From the NCBI GenBank assembly GCA_964504305.1, contig CAZDEB010000003.1, positions 212,047-276,046 of the forward strand: a stretch of 64,000 nt of DNA. The letters are read 5' to 3'. Numbering within the stretch: position 1 is the first letter of the stretch; each line of letters starts with the position of its first letter. A program made the translations under genes and the position numbers. The notes under the pieces are model-generated. The model was given only the letters and a program-made list of their open reading frames with translations. It was not told the origin of the DNA and searched no databases. This document shows positions 48,093 through 55,711 of this stretch, one piece after another. This stretch comes from an uncultured Candidatus Nemicrothrix sp. Its GTDB lineage: Bacteria; Actinomycetota; Acidimicrobiia; Acidimicrobiales; Aldehydirespiratoraceae.

Positions 48093-49009
48093 CAGCGCAC
48101 CACCACGCTGCCCCAAGCCATACCCGCACCGAAGCCGGTCATGAGTACCAGCTTGCCGGGTTCGAGTGCGCCGGCGTCGTTGGCGACGCTCATTGCCAGG
48201 GGGATGCTCGCACCTGATGTGTTGCCGGTGTTTTCGAGCACGTTGTAGGTCTTTTCGATGGGAATACCGATGCGCTGACACATGGCATCGATGATTCGGA
48301 TGTTGGCCTGGTGAGGCAGAACAACATCGATGTCGTCGGGCGATAGCCCCGCCTGTTCGAGAACGGCGTTGACCGAAGAAACAACGGCGCGCACTGCTCG
48401 TTTGAACACCTCTCGACCTTCCATCTTGATGGTGTCGTGCAGGTCGCAGTAGAGGATTGACTGGAGGTCGCCGTTGACCCCGAAATCTGATCCGAGAAGG
48501 TCGCCTTGTTCGTGGCGTTCGAGCACAACCGCGCCCGCCCCGTCGCCGAACAAGATGGCTGTGCCGCGGTCGGTCCAGTCGGTGATTCTGGACATGGCGT
48601 CGGAGCCGATAAGGAGGACTTTGTCGGGACCGCCCGGAGTGAGCATCATTCCGTAGGCGGCGACGTAGCCATAGGGGAATCCGGCGCAAACCACGTTGAT
48701 GTCCAATGCGCCGCAAGTGAGCCCGAGACCACGAGCGACCTGACTCGATGTTGCCGGAAACGTCTGCTCTGGCGTGGTGGTACACAACATCAGCAGGCCA
48801 ATCTCTTCGGGACTCGCACCGGCGGCCCGTAGCGCCTCGCCGCCCGCCTCGATCGCCATTGCCGAGGTGGAGCCGCCGACGTGACGTTGACCTATACCGG
48901 AGCGTTCCCGGATCCATTGATCGCTGGTGTCCATCGACTGGGCGAGGTCGTCGTTGGTGACAACCTTCTCTGGGAGGTGCGAGCCGATTCCGGCTACTCG
49001 AATAGTCAT
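48089..49009 (-). CDS. fabH: Beta-ketoacyl-ACP synthase III
   Basis: NVVCAGF (Cys), FGDGAGA, PHQAN (His), GNTSGAS (Asn). Confidence 0.93.
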   Translation of the reverse strand: MTIRVAGIGSHLPEKVVTNDDLAQSMDTSDQWIRERSGIGQRHVGGSTSAMAIEAGGEALRAAGASPEEIGLLMLCTTTPEQTFPATSSQVARGLGLTCGALDINVVCAGFPYGYVAAYGMMLTPGGPDKVLLIGSDAMSRITDWTDRGTAILFGDGAGAVVLERHEQGDLLGSDFGVNGDLQSILYCDLHDTIKMEGREVFKRAVRAVVSSVNAVLEQAGLSPDDIDVVLPHQANIRIIDAMCQRIGIPIEKTYNVLENTGNTSGASIPLAMSVANDAGALEPGKLVLMTGFGAGMAWGSVVVRW

Positions 49010-50190
49010 CCTTTGGTCCTTAGCCAGGCAATGGGTTGACGGGAGGTAACTCGCTCGCCTTCGAAGGCCAGCACTCCCTTTATTTCGCCCGCGAAAGAGC
49101 TGACCACCTCTAGGGAGCCGACCATGCCTAGCACGTGACCCACACGTATCACGCGCCCGTCCTCGCAGTCGGCACGTGGAGTGAAAATACCTGCGCCCGG
49201 TGAAACGACCATACGTTCGGTGCCAAATAGGTGTTCGCCTTCGAGCGCCGACGATTCGACCTCGGTTGAACTGGCCCCGGAGAGGGCTTCGATCAGCCCG
49301 TCCAAATCGGCCGGAGTCGAGATGCTTCGGCGGCTCGCCGTCTTCACCGCCCGTTTGACCAGGCCGGTAAGAACAGTGCCTGGTCCGAGTTCGATGAAAC
49401 TATTGAACCCTTGGTCGTCGAGTCCGCGAAGGGTTTGACGCCAGCGCACCGGTGACGTGAGCTGTGCCCCAAGTAGCGCCGGCCAGTCGCTGGCCTCGCT
49501 GTGCGCCGTTGCGTCGACGTTGGCGTAAACCGGCTGCTCGGCGTCGCGGAACTCGACCTGGTCGATGGCTTTGCGAAGCCGGTCGCGGGCGGGCGCCATA
49601 AGCGGCGTGTGGAACGCTCCGCCCACCGGGATGCGCATCGCTCGTTTGGCGCCGAGTTCTTTGGCGATCGCGCAGGCTCGGTCGAGATCGTCGGGCGCGC
49701 CGGCAATCACGACCTGTCCGGGGGCGTTGTAATTGGCGATCCAAGCGTCGCCGGCGGCCCGTTGACAGGCAATGTCGACTTGGTCGTCGTCGAGTCCGAG
49801 GATGGCTGCCATGGTGCCGTCTTGTTCGTCGGCCGCTGCTTGCATGGCGTCGCCGCGTTCGTTGACCAAGTTGACCGCGTCGCCAAAGTCGAGCACGCCG
49901 GCTGCAGTTAGCGCAGAGTATTCGCCGAGTGAGTGGCCCGCGTGGGCGGCCGCTTCGGCACCGGTTCGGCTAACGGCATCGAGAACCACCATCGACGTGA
50001 CGAAGGTAGCCATTTGGGCGTTGCGGGTCATGGTGAGCTCGTCGGCATCGGTATCGAGCAGCAGCGCGCCGATATCGCGGTGAGTTGCGTCTGATGCTTC
50101 TTCTACAAGTTCCCAAGACGGATGGTCGACCCAAGCCGACCCCATGCCCGGGGTCTGTGAACCTTGACCCGGGTAGGTGAAGACGATCAT
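49006..50190 (-). CDS. fabD: Malonyl-CoA:ACP transacylase with C-terminal biotinyl/lipoyl-like domain
   Basis: PGQGSQ, GHSLGE, NYNAPGQ, GAFHT, SPVRW, E.GPG; extra about 75-aa C-terminal domain. Confidence 0.9.
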   Translation of the reverse strand: MIVFTYPGQGSQTPGMGSAWVDHPSWELVEEASDATHRDIGALLLDTDADELTMTRNAQMATFVTSMVVLDAVSRTGAEAAAHAGHSLGEYSALTAAGVLDFGDAVNLVNERGDAMQAAADEQDGTMAAILGLDDDQVDIACQRAAGDAWIANYNAPGQVVIAGAPDDLDRACAIAKELGAKRAMRIPVGGAFHTPLMAPARDRLRKAIDQVEFRDAEQPVYANVDATAHSEASDWPALLGAQLTSPVRWRQTLRGLDDQGFNSFIELGPGTVLTGLVKRAVKTASRRSISTPADLDGLIEALSGASSTEVESSALEGEHLFGTERMVVSPGAGIFTPRADCEDGRVIRVGHVLGMVGSLEVVSSFAGEIKGVLAFEGERVTSRQPIAWLRTKG

Positions 50191-50305
50191 TAATCAGTGC
50201 CCTCCAGAAGGCGTTGGTCGAACCTGACAGTCCAACTCCACACATTGTGACTCACCAGCCTGCCTTAGAGTTTCATTACTGGCGAGTAGTGAACAGTGCA
50301 ATGTG

Positions 50306-50449
50306 TCACGTCGTCGACAATGACCGCCGCGGCCAGTCATCTGCGGTGGTGCGGTGGCGACGGATCGAGAACTCTCGCCAGATCGTCACGAGGACCAGAA
50401 TGCCAACTACGCGAATCAATCGCTTCAGAACGTTTGTCCTCATCATCAT
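50306..50449 (-). CDS. Small single-TM protein (45-47 aa), below ORF-track cut-off
   Basis: MMMRTNVLKRLIRVVGILVLVTIWREFSIRRHRTTADDWPRRSLSTT*; TAGCCT hexamer 7 nt upstream of the third ATG (50443). Confidence 0.5.
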   Translation of the reverse strand: MMMRTNVLKRLIRVVGILVLVTIWREFSIRRHRTTADDWPRRSLSTT

Positions 50450-50479
50450 GAGGCTACGCTGCGCCTCGTGACCTCACCT

Positions 50480-50566
50480 GCCCGGGTGGTGGAATTGGCA
50501 GACACGACGGACTCAAAATCCGTTGCCTTCGCAGGCGTGCGGGTTCAAGTCCCGCCCCGGGTACCA
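50480..50566 (+). tRNA. tRNA-Leu(CAA)
   Basis: GCCCGGG acceptor (G1-U72 wobble), D loop TGGCAGAC, anticodon stem ACGGA/TCCGT with loop CTCAAAA, long variable arm, GGTTCAAGTCC T arm, encoded CCA. Confidence 0.96.
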
Positions 50567-51741
50567 ATTGCGATCGCGCTCACGAGGGTGAGCAGCACCA
50601 AGATCCAAGAGATGGTCGAGAGGCGCACCAGCCCGGCCGACACGTCATTGCCTATGTCGGTGGCAACAAACAACAAGATGGTGCCGTAAGAAAGCCGGCC
50701 GCCCAGCGAGTCGAGGCTGAGAAACGTGGCTCGATGTCGCTGTTGTAGCTGTGGCGCGGCGGCGGCGCTGATGAGCACTGGTGCCGCCGAACCTTGAGCC
50801 GACCGAAAGGCGATCACGATGACGACGAGGATGCTCGTTGTCGCCGCCATCGTGGTCACGATGAGCGCGCTGAGCGCCCCCAAGCCGATCAGCGTTGTCC
50901 GCAATCCGAAGGCGCGGCTCATACGAACGCTCGATCGGGCAAAGAATGCCCCGACTACCGAGACAACGGCTACCAGAGCACCGGACAGCAACGGGGTGCG
51001 CCCCAGTTGATCGGGGGTGCGGTGGAGGGCCTCGGTGAGCCACGGTTGTAGCAGAGTGAACGCAACGTGTTCGAGCACGACCATGGCGATGCCGTAGCCG
51101 AAGATCCAGGCGAGGGGAGCGCGTCGTAGATACGACAAGCACTCGCCGACTTGGCGCAACAAACCAGGAGCGGCGCCGACGTGGGGCGGTTCGGTGAAGG
51201 CCATGGCCACAACGAGCTGAGCGATCGCAAGGCCGAGCGACGCCGCGAAAGCGAGGCGAAGGTCGGCGAGTCCCACCGCGCCACCCACCAGTGCCCCGAT
51301 GCCGGCGACCACCAGCCCGCGAGAAGTGATGGTGGCTTGTCGATCTCCGAACTCGTTTGGGCGTTCGAGCGCTTCGAGTGTGTCGAAGTGAAACGTCACA
51401 TCGGTGCCCGACAGCGACGCATAACCAAGGGCGAGGAACGCTTGGCCCGCGGCGACGACGGTGAAGCTGTTGGCCCCCAGGATGAAACAGGTGTGGCACA
51501 CCATCCAGCTTGCGGCGGCGATTCGTAGCGTCGGGACCCGGCCGAGGCGATCGCTCATCCACCCGGATGGCACTTCGAATACGACCACGAACAAGTAATA
51601 GATGCCGGCCAGGCGAATGGCGCCGTCGAGATCGAAGTTGGAGCGAGTGAATAACACGAACACCGCTATCCACGGGTTGGTCCGGACCAACAGTTCGTGC
51701 CACTGAATGAGACGCAGGTTGCGTTCGAGACGTTCGATCAC
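50545..51741 (-). CDS. MFS transporter
   Basis: FEVPSGWMSDRLGR motif A, SGTD, about 12 hydrophobic segments; stop falls inside the tRNA T loop. Confidence 0.85.
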   Translation of the reverse strand: MIERLERNLRLIQWHELLVRTNPWIAVFVLFTRSNFDLDGAIRLAGIYYLFVVVFEVPSGWMSDRLGRVPTLRIAAASWMVCHTCFILGANSFTVVAAGQAFLALGYASLSGTDVTFHFDTLEALERPNEFGDRQATITSRGLVVAGIGALVGGAVGLADLRLAFAASLGLAIAQLVVAMAFTEPPHVGAAPGLLRQVGECLSYLRRAPLAWIFGYGIAMVVLEHVAFTLLQPWLTEALHRTPDQLGRTPLLSGALVAVVSVVGAFFARSSVRMSRAFGLRTTLIGLGALSALIVTTMAATTSILVVIVIAFRSAQGSAAPVLISAAAAPQLQQRHRATFLSLDSLGGRLSYGTILLFVATDIGNDVSAGLVRLSTISWILVLLTLVSAIAIGTRGGT

Positions 51742-51767
51742 GTGCGCACCCTACGGGTGGTGGTGGC

Positions 51768-52397
51768 TCAGATGTTGGGAAGCAGTAGGTCGAAGTCCAT
51801 GCGGAAGTTCAGGGCCGCGTTGCCGGTGCCGTCATCAAGGATTGTCGTGTTGGTCCCGGTAAACCACTGAGTTACCTGTCCCGAGGCCGCGAGGTAGTCG
51901 CCGGTGCCACCGATCACGGCCCTTGTGGCGCTTTGCTCCATCGAGTCCGTCCCCTCGATTCCGGCCGTTACGAGGTTGTTGGTCGGAAAGAGGTCCTCGG
52001 GCACGATTTGACCCAATACGAAGACCTGCCTCGAGGAGACATGAGGTTGGGGTCGGTTGCCGTCCAAGATGAGCCATCCCTGACAGAACCATCGGCCAAT
52101 CGAGCCCTCGTTTGTGGGTACGAATCCGTCGAGCACCGTTCCGGATGGGTAAATCCACCCCTCGACCAGAAACGGCAATCGGAAGTCGGCCCCGCTCGCC
52201 GGATTGCGGGGGACGACGTCGCGCCAGGTGTCGCCAAGGCAAGCAACATCGAACGTGACGCGCTCGCGTTTCCATGCGTCGGCGCGCGAAGCGGCGCCGG
52301 CGACTCCACCGGCAACGCCACCAACCAGGGCTGTTCCGCCGATCGCCGCGCCAGTAAGAACGGTGCGTCGATTTGGTTTTTGAGAATCTGCAGTCAT
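51768..52397 (-). CDS. Tat-signal hypothetical protein, dirigent/allene-oxide-cyclase-like barrel (paralog A)
   Basis: PNRRTVL twin-arginine signal + hydrophobic stretch + AGAAS; RAVIGGTGDYLAASGQV motif. Confidence 0.7.
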   Translation of the reverse strand: MTADSQKPNRRTVLTGAAIGGTALVGGVAGGVAGAASRADAWKRERVTFDVACLGDTWRDVVPRNPASGADFRLPFLVEGWIYPSGTVLDGFVPTNEGSIGRWFCQGWLILDGNRPQPHVSSRQVFVLGQIVPEDLFPTNNLVTAGIEGTDSMEQSATRAVIGGTGDYLAASGQVTQWFTGTNTTILDDGTGNAALNFRMDFDLLLPNI

Positions 52398-52406
52398 TTG
52401 CTGGCC

Positions 52407-55400
52407 TTACTGTTTCGGTGGTTGGTCGGCCGCATCGAAGGGCGCAGGCCATTGATCACACGTCGAGTGGTACTCGGTGTCTCGCGGGCCGAATTGGTGC
52501 CACTCGTCGGCTGTTAGGTTGCGGCCCGCGGTTTGGCACGCGATCTGCGGATAACTCTCTAGATCGAGGTCCCAGAAGACTGCATGTCCGTCCCACACCG
52601 TTGCCAGGTAGTTGGCGTTGGGTGAAGCATTGGCCGATGTGTTGGGGGCGTTGGGATAAGGCGCCCCGATCAGCTGACGGGTTTCGATGTCCCAGATCCG
52701 TCCCTGACCGTCGGCGGCGGTCACAAGATATTGGCCATCGACCGTGAAGTACGGTCCTCTGCTGTAGCCCCCGACCGCGTCGGTGTTGCCAAGAAACGGC
52801 GCGCCGACGGGTTGAAGGGTTTCGGCGTCGCGCAACAGAATTGCTCCGGTGCTGTCGACTGTGGCCAACCATTTGCTGTCGTGGGAGTAACGCAATTGCA
52901 TCACTTTGCCCCCGCCCGCCGACAGCAGGGGTGTCTGAAGCTCCCACGTACCGGTATCCCAGATAACGGCGGCTCCCCCGGATGTGGCTGCGGCCAGCCA
53001 CCGATCGTCAGGGCTGAACACCAATGACCGACCGATGGCGTCGGTCGCGGCCACCGCGTCGAGCAGGTCTAGTTCGGCAATGGGCTGACCCGAGTAGTAG
53101 TCGTACACTGTGATCGTTAGCTGGTCGGCTAGCGAACGGGTTTGGATCGCGAGCATTTCGCCGTTGTGGCTTCTGATGACCTCGAACGCCGCGAGTGCGT
53201 CGATAGATCTATTTCCGAGAGCTTCGTCCATGACGACTACGTGCCCCGCAAAGGAAGAAATCGCCAATAAGTTGTCGTCGTTGAGGAATCCGAATGACGG
53301 CTTGTCCAACTCCGGTAGCGGCAGCCGGCGTGGGGTGGCTCCGCTCAGGTCGTAGATCTGGGGAGGTTTGGAGTCGGCGTTGGAAATCACCGCGAGGTCG
53401 CCGGTGCTGTTGATAGTCACCTCGGCGCTGAGCTCGGTCTCGACAGTTCTCGAGATAGGCGATCTTCCGGCCAAGGAAAGCAGAGCAACACCGGTGCCGC
53501 CGCCGACCGCCAAAATCTCTTGGTCGGGGTCAAGTGATACGACCGCGGTTCCTGGCAATTGCGAGTCGAGAAGGTGCTCTAGGTGCCCGTCTTGGTTAGA
53601 GAACTGCACAACTGTGCCGCCGTCGCGAGCCGTAAAAACGGATCGGTCGTTCACGACAGTTGTGTTGGAGATTACCGAAGGCAGCACCGAGGATTCGAGG
53701 CCGGGGATTAGTATCCGCTCGGTGATCTGCCCGCTCGAGTCGATGAGAAGCGCCTCGAAGCTGGTGCCGACCCACGTTCCTTTTTCGTCCGTACCGGAGA
53801 AGTTGGTGATCGAAGATGCCGCCCTTTGCTCGCCTGACGAGCGCACCAACACTGTGTCGCTGGTCTTGGATCCGCTGTTGGTGTCCCAGATGCGCACTAC
53901 CGCAAGTCCGGCGCTCACCAGCTGCGAACTATCGGGTGAGAAACTCAAGGCCGACACACCAATACTGAACGATTCCGGTTGGTGGGGGAGCCCGTCACTT
54001 GCGCCGACAAGATCGAGTTCCTCGATGGCGCGCTCAGGGTGGGCGACCAGCGACTGTCGATAACTACCGTCCGCATTGAAGAGTCGCACGATGCCCTGGT
54101 GGGTACCGGTCGCGATGGTTCCGTCGGGAGCGGCTGCCAGCGCCGTAACTCTGGAGTCGTGGATAATTGGCTCACCGATGACCGACAGATCGGCGGCATC
54201 AAAACGAACCACGTTTTCGCCGCTGGCGGCTAGGAGAGTGTTGTTCGGACCCTTGATGACGGCGCTGGGAGAACTGAGACTCGCGCTAGCCACCTCTTCG
54301 CCGGTGGCGATGTCAACGATGATGAGACCCGCGGAGTGAGCAACAGCGAGGCGGGACTGATCGAGCCACACCATGTCGGTCACGTCGTAGCCCGACGCGA
54401 CCAAACCGAGGAATCCTTGCGACGCGACGAGCGTGGCTTGGACGGCGCCGAGAGTGGTGGGGCTGGGGTTGCGGTTGTATGCCTCCACGGCAAGCAACAT
54501 CGCGAGCGGCCGGTTTGTCGAGGCGAGACTGGTGGCGTCGGCGGCAAGCCGGCGGGTCTCCGCCGCCGACTGGGCCGCGGCCGCGGCGCGGGCTTCGGTG
54601 CGGGCTCGTCGGGCCTGAACCACCGCGACACCCCCGGCCGCCAACGCCACCACGGCCACCGTGCCGATGGCTTTGGAAAGCCGCCGCAAGCGGCGCGCCA
54701 CTCTTTGTTCTTGTTGCCTCAGTGCGGTGGCGGCGTCCTTGCTGCTGTTGACAAACTCGTGGGTGGGCCCTGTCTCGGGCAGAACATGAGTGTCGGATAA
54801 GTCGGCGGCGGCGGCGAGGCGAGCTCCCCTGAGCAGCAGGCTGGGGTCGCGTCCGAGCCGCGCCCATTCGGCCGCCGCATCACTGATAGCACGACGAGTG
54901 CGAACTTCGTCGCGGCTGGTCTCGATCCACTCTCGCAGCCTCGGCCACTCTCGTAACAAGGCCTCGTGGGCGACCTCCACGGTAGGTTCGCGGGACTCTG
55001 GGTCGCGGTCGAAAGTGAGCAGGCGTGCCTTGCCGAAACGCTCGAGCACCGCACCGATGGAGGCAGGGGGGCCGAGCGACGCGATGGGCGCTCGACGTCT
55101 GGTGTCGGTGGCACCACCGTCGAACGCCACGAGCTCGAGAAAAACGCGCTTGGCGCTATCTCGCCCACCCCGATCGAGTTCGTTGTAGAGACGGTCGGCG
55201 CGGCCCGACAGAGCGCCGGCGAATCCTCCGAGGCGTTCGTAACCCGCCAGCGTCATCGTGTTGGCCGACCGGTTCTGAAAGAGCGTGGTCAGCACAAATT
55301 GCAACTGCGGTAGCGCCAACGGTTCGCTCGACATGTCTCGGCTGATGGCCGCGAGTACGCCCGAGTCGACTGTTACGCCAACCCGGTTGGCTGGGCCGTT

Positions 55401-55706
55401 GATTACTTGCACGATCGCCCGTGCCGAGAGGGGGGTAATCGCTACCTGGTGCTCGACAATAAGGTCGGCGAAATCAGGAGCGTGCAGCGGGCGGTCGTAG
55501 TAGTCGGCCCGCAGGGTCACGATCACTTTGAACCGCGACAGTTCATCGGCGACCGTCGCGCCGATTGCTTGCACGAATTGGTGGGTGGTAGCGGGATCAC
55601 CGAGCGTGTACAACTCTTCGAGTTGGTCGATGACAAGGACCACGTCGCTATTTGGCGGCGAGAGGTCAGAGACGGTCTGGGCGAAGGACCGAGCCGAAGT
55701 AGTCAA
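52407..55706 (-). CDS. C-terminal fragment: STAND NTPase (nSTAND1) Walker B region + hydrophobic helix + WD40 repeats
   Basis: VLVIDQLEELYT, TLRADYY, LPQLQFVLT, GRARLLT-like, EVAHEALLREWPRL, RGARL; repeated FSPD...L.T/S and W-D units; WDLD..SY...AC..AGRNLT..EW tail. Confidence 0.85.
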   Translation of the reverse strand: MTTSARSFAQTVSDLSPPNSDVVLVIDQLEELYTLGDPATTHQFVQAIGATVADELSRFKVIVTLRADYYDRPLHAPDFADLIVEHQVAITPLSARAIVQVINGPANRVGVTVDSGVLAAISRDMSSEPLALPQLQFVLTTLFQNRSANTMTLAGYERLGGFAGALSGRADRLYNELDRGGRDSAKRVFLELVAFDGGATDTRRRAPIASLGPPASIGAVLERFGKARLLTFDRDPESREPTVEVAHEALLREWPRLREWIETSRDEVRTRRAISDAAAEWARLGRDPSLLLRGARLAAAADLSDTHVLPETGPTHEFVNSSKDAATALRQQEQRVARRLRRLSKAIGTVAVVALAAGGVAVVQARRARTEARAAAAAQSAAETRRLAADATSLASTNRPLAMLLAVEAYNRNPSPTTLGAVQATLVASQGFLGLVASGYDVTDMVWLDQSRLAVAHSAGLIIVDIATGEEVASASLSSPSAVIKGPNNTLLAASGENVVRFDAADLSVIGEPIIHDSRVTALAAAPDGTIATGTHQGIVRLFNADGSYRQSLVAHPERAIEELDLVGASDGLPHQPESFSIGVSALSFSPDSSQLVSAGLAVVRIWDTNSGSKTSDTVLVRSSGEQRAASSITNFSGTDEKGTWVGTSFEALLIDSSGQITERILIPGLESSVLPSVISNTTVVNDRSVFTARDGGTVVQFSNQDGHLEHLLDSQLPGTAVVSLDPDQEILAVGGGTGVALLSLAGRSPISRTVETELSAEVTINSTGDLAVISNADSKPPQIYDLSGATPRRLPLPELDKPSFGFLNDDNLLAISSFAGHVVVMDEALGNRSIDALAAFEVIRSHNGEMLAIQTRSLADQLTITVYDYYSGQPIAELDLLDAVAATDAIGRSLVFSPDDRWLAAATSGGAAVIWDTGTWELQTPLLSAGGGKVMQLRYSHDSKWLATVDSTGAILLRDAETLQPVGAPFLGNTDAVGGYSRGPYFTVDGQYLVTAADGQGRIWDIETRQLIGAPYPNAPNTSANASPNANYLATVWDGHAVFWDLDLESYPQIACQTAGRNLTADEWHQFGPRDTEYHSTCDQWPAPFDAADQPPKQ

Positions 55707-55711
55707 GGCGT

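Noticed and set aside
48093-48917. Apparent 511-aa FabG with long N-terminal extension
   Set aside because: Extension is an alternative frame over fabH (R/S/P-rich junk); real start is the GTG at 48092 overlapping the fabH stop.
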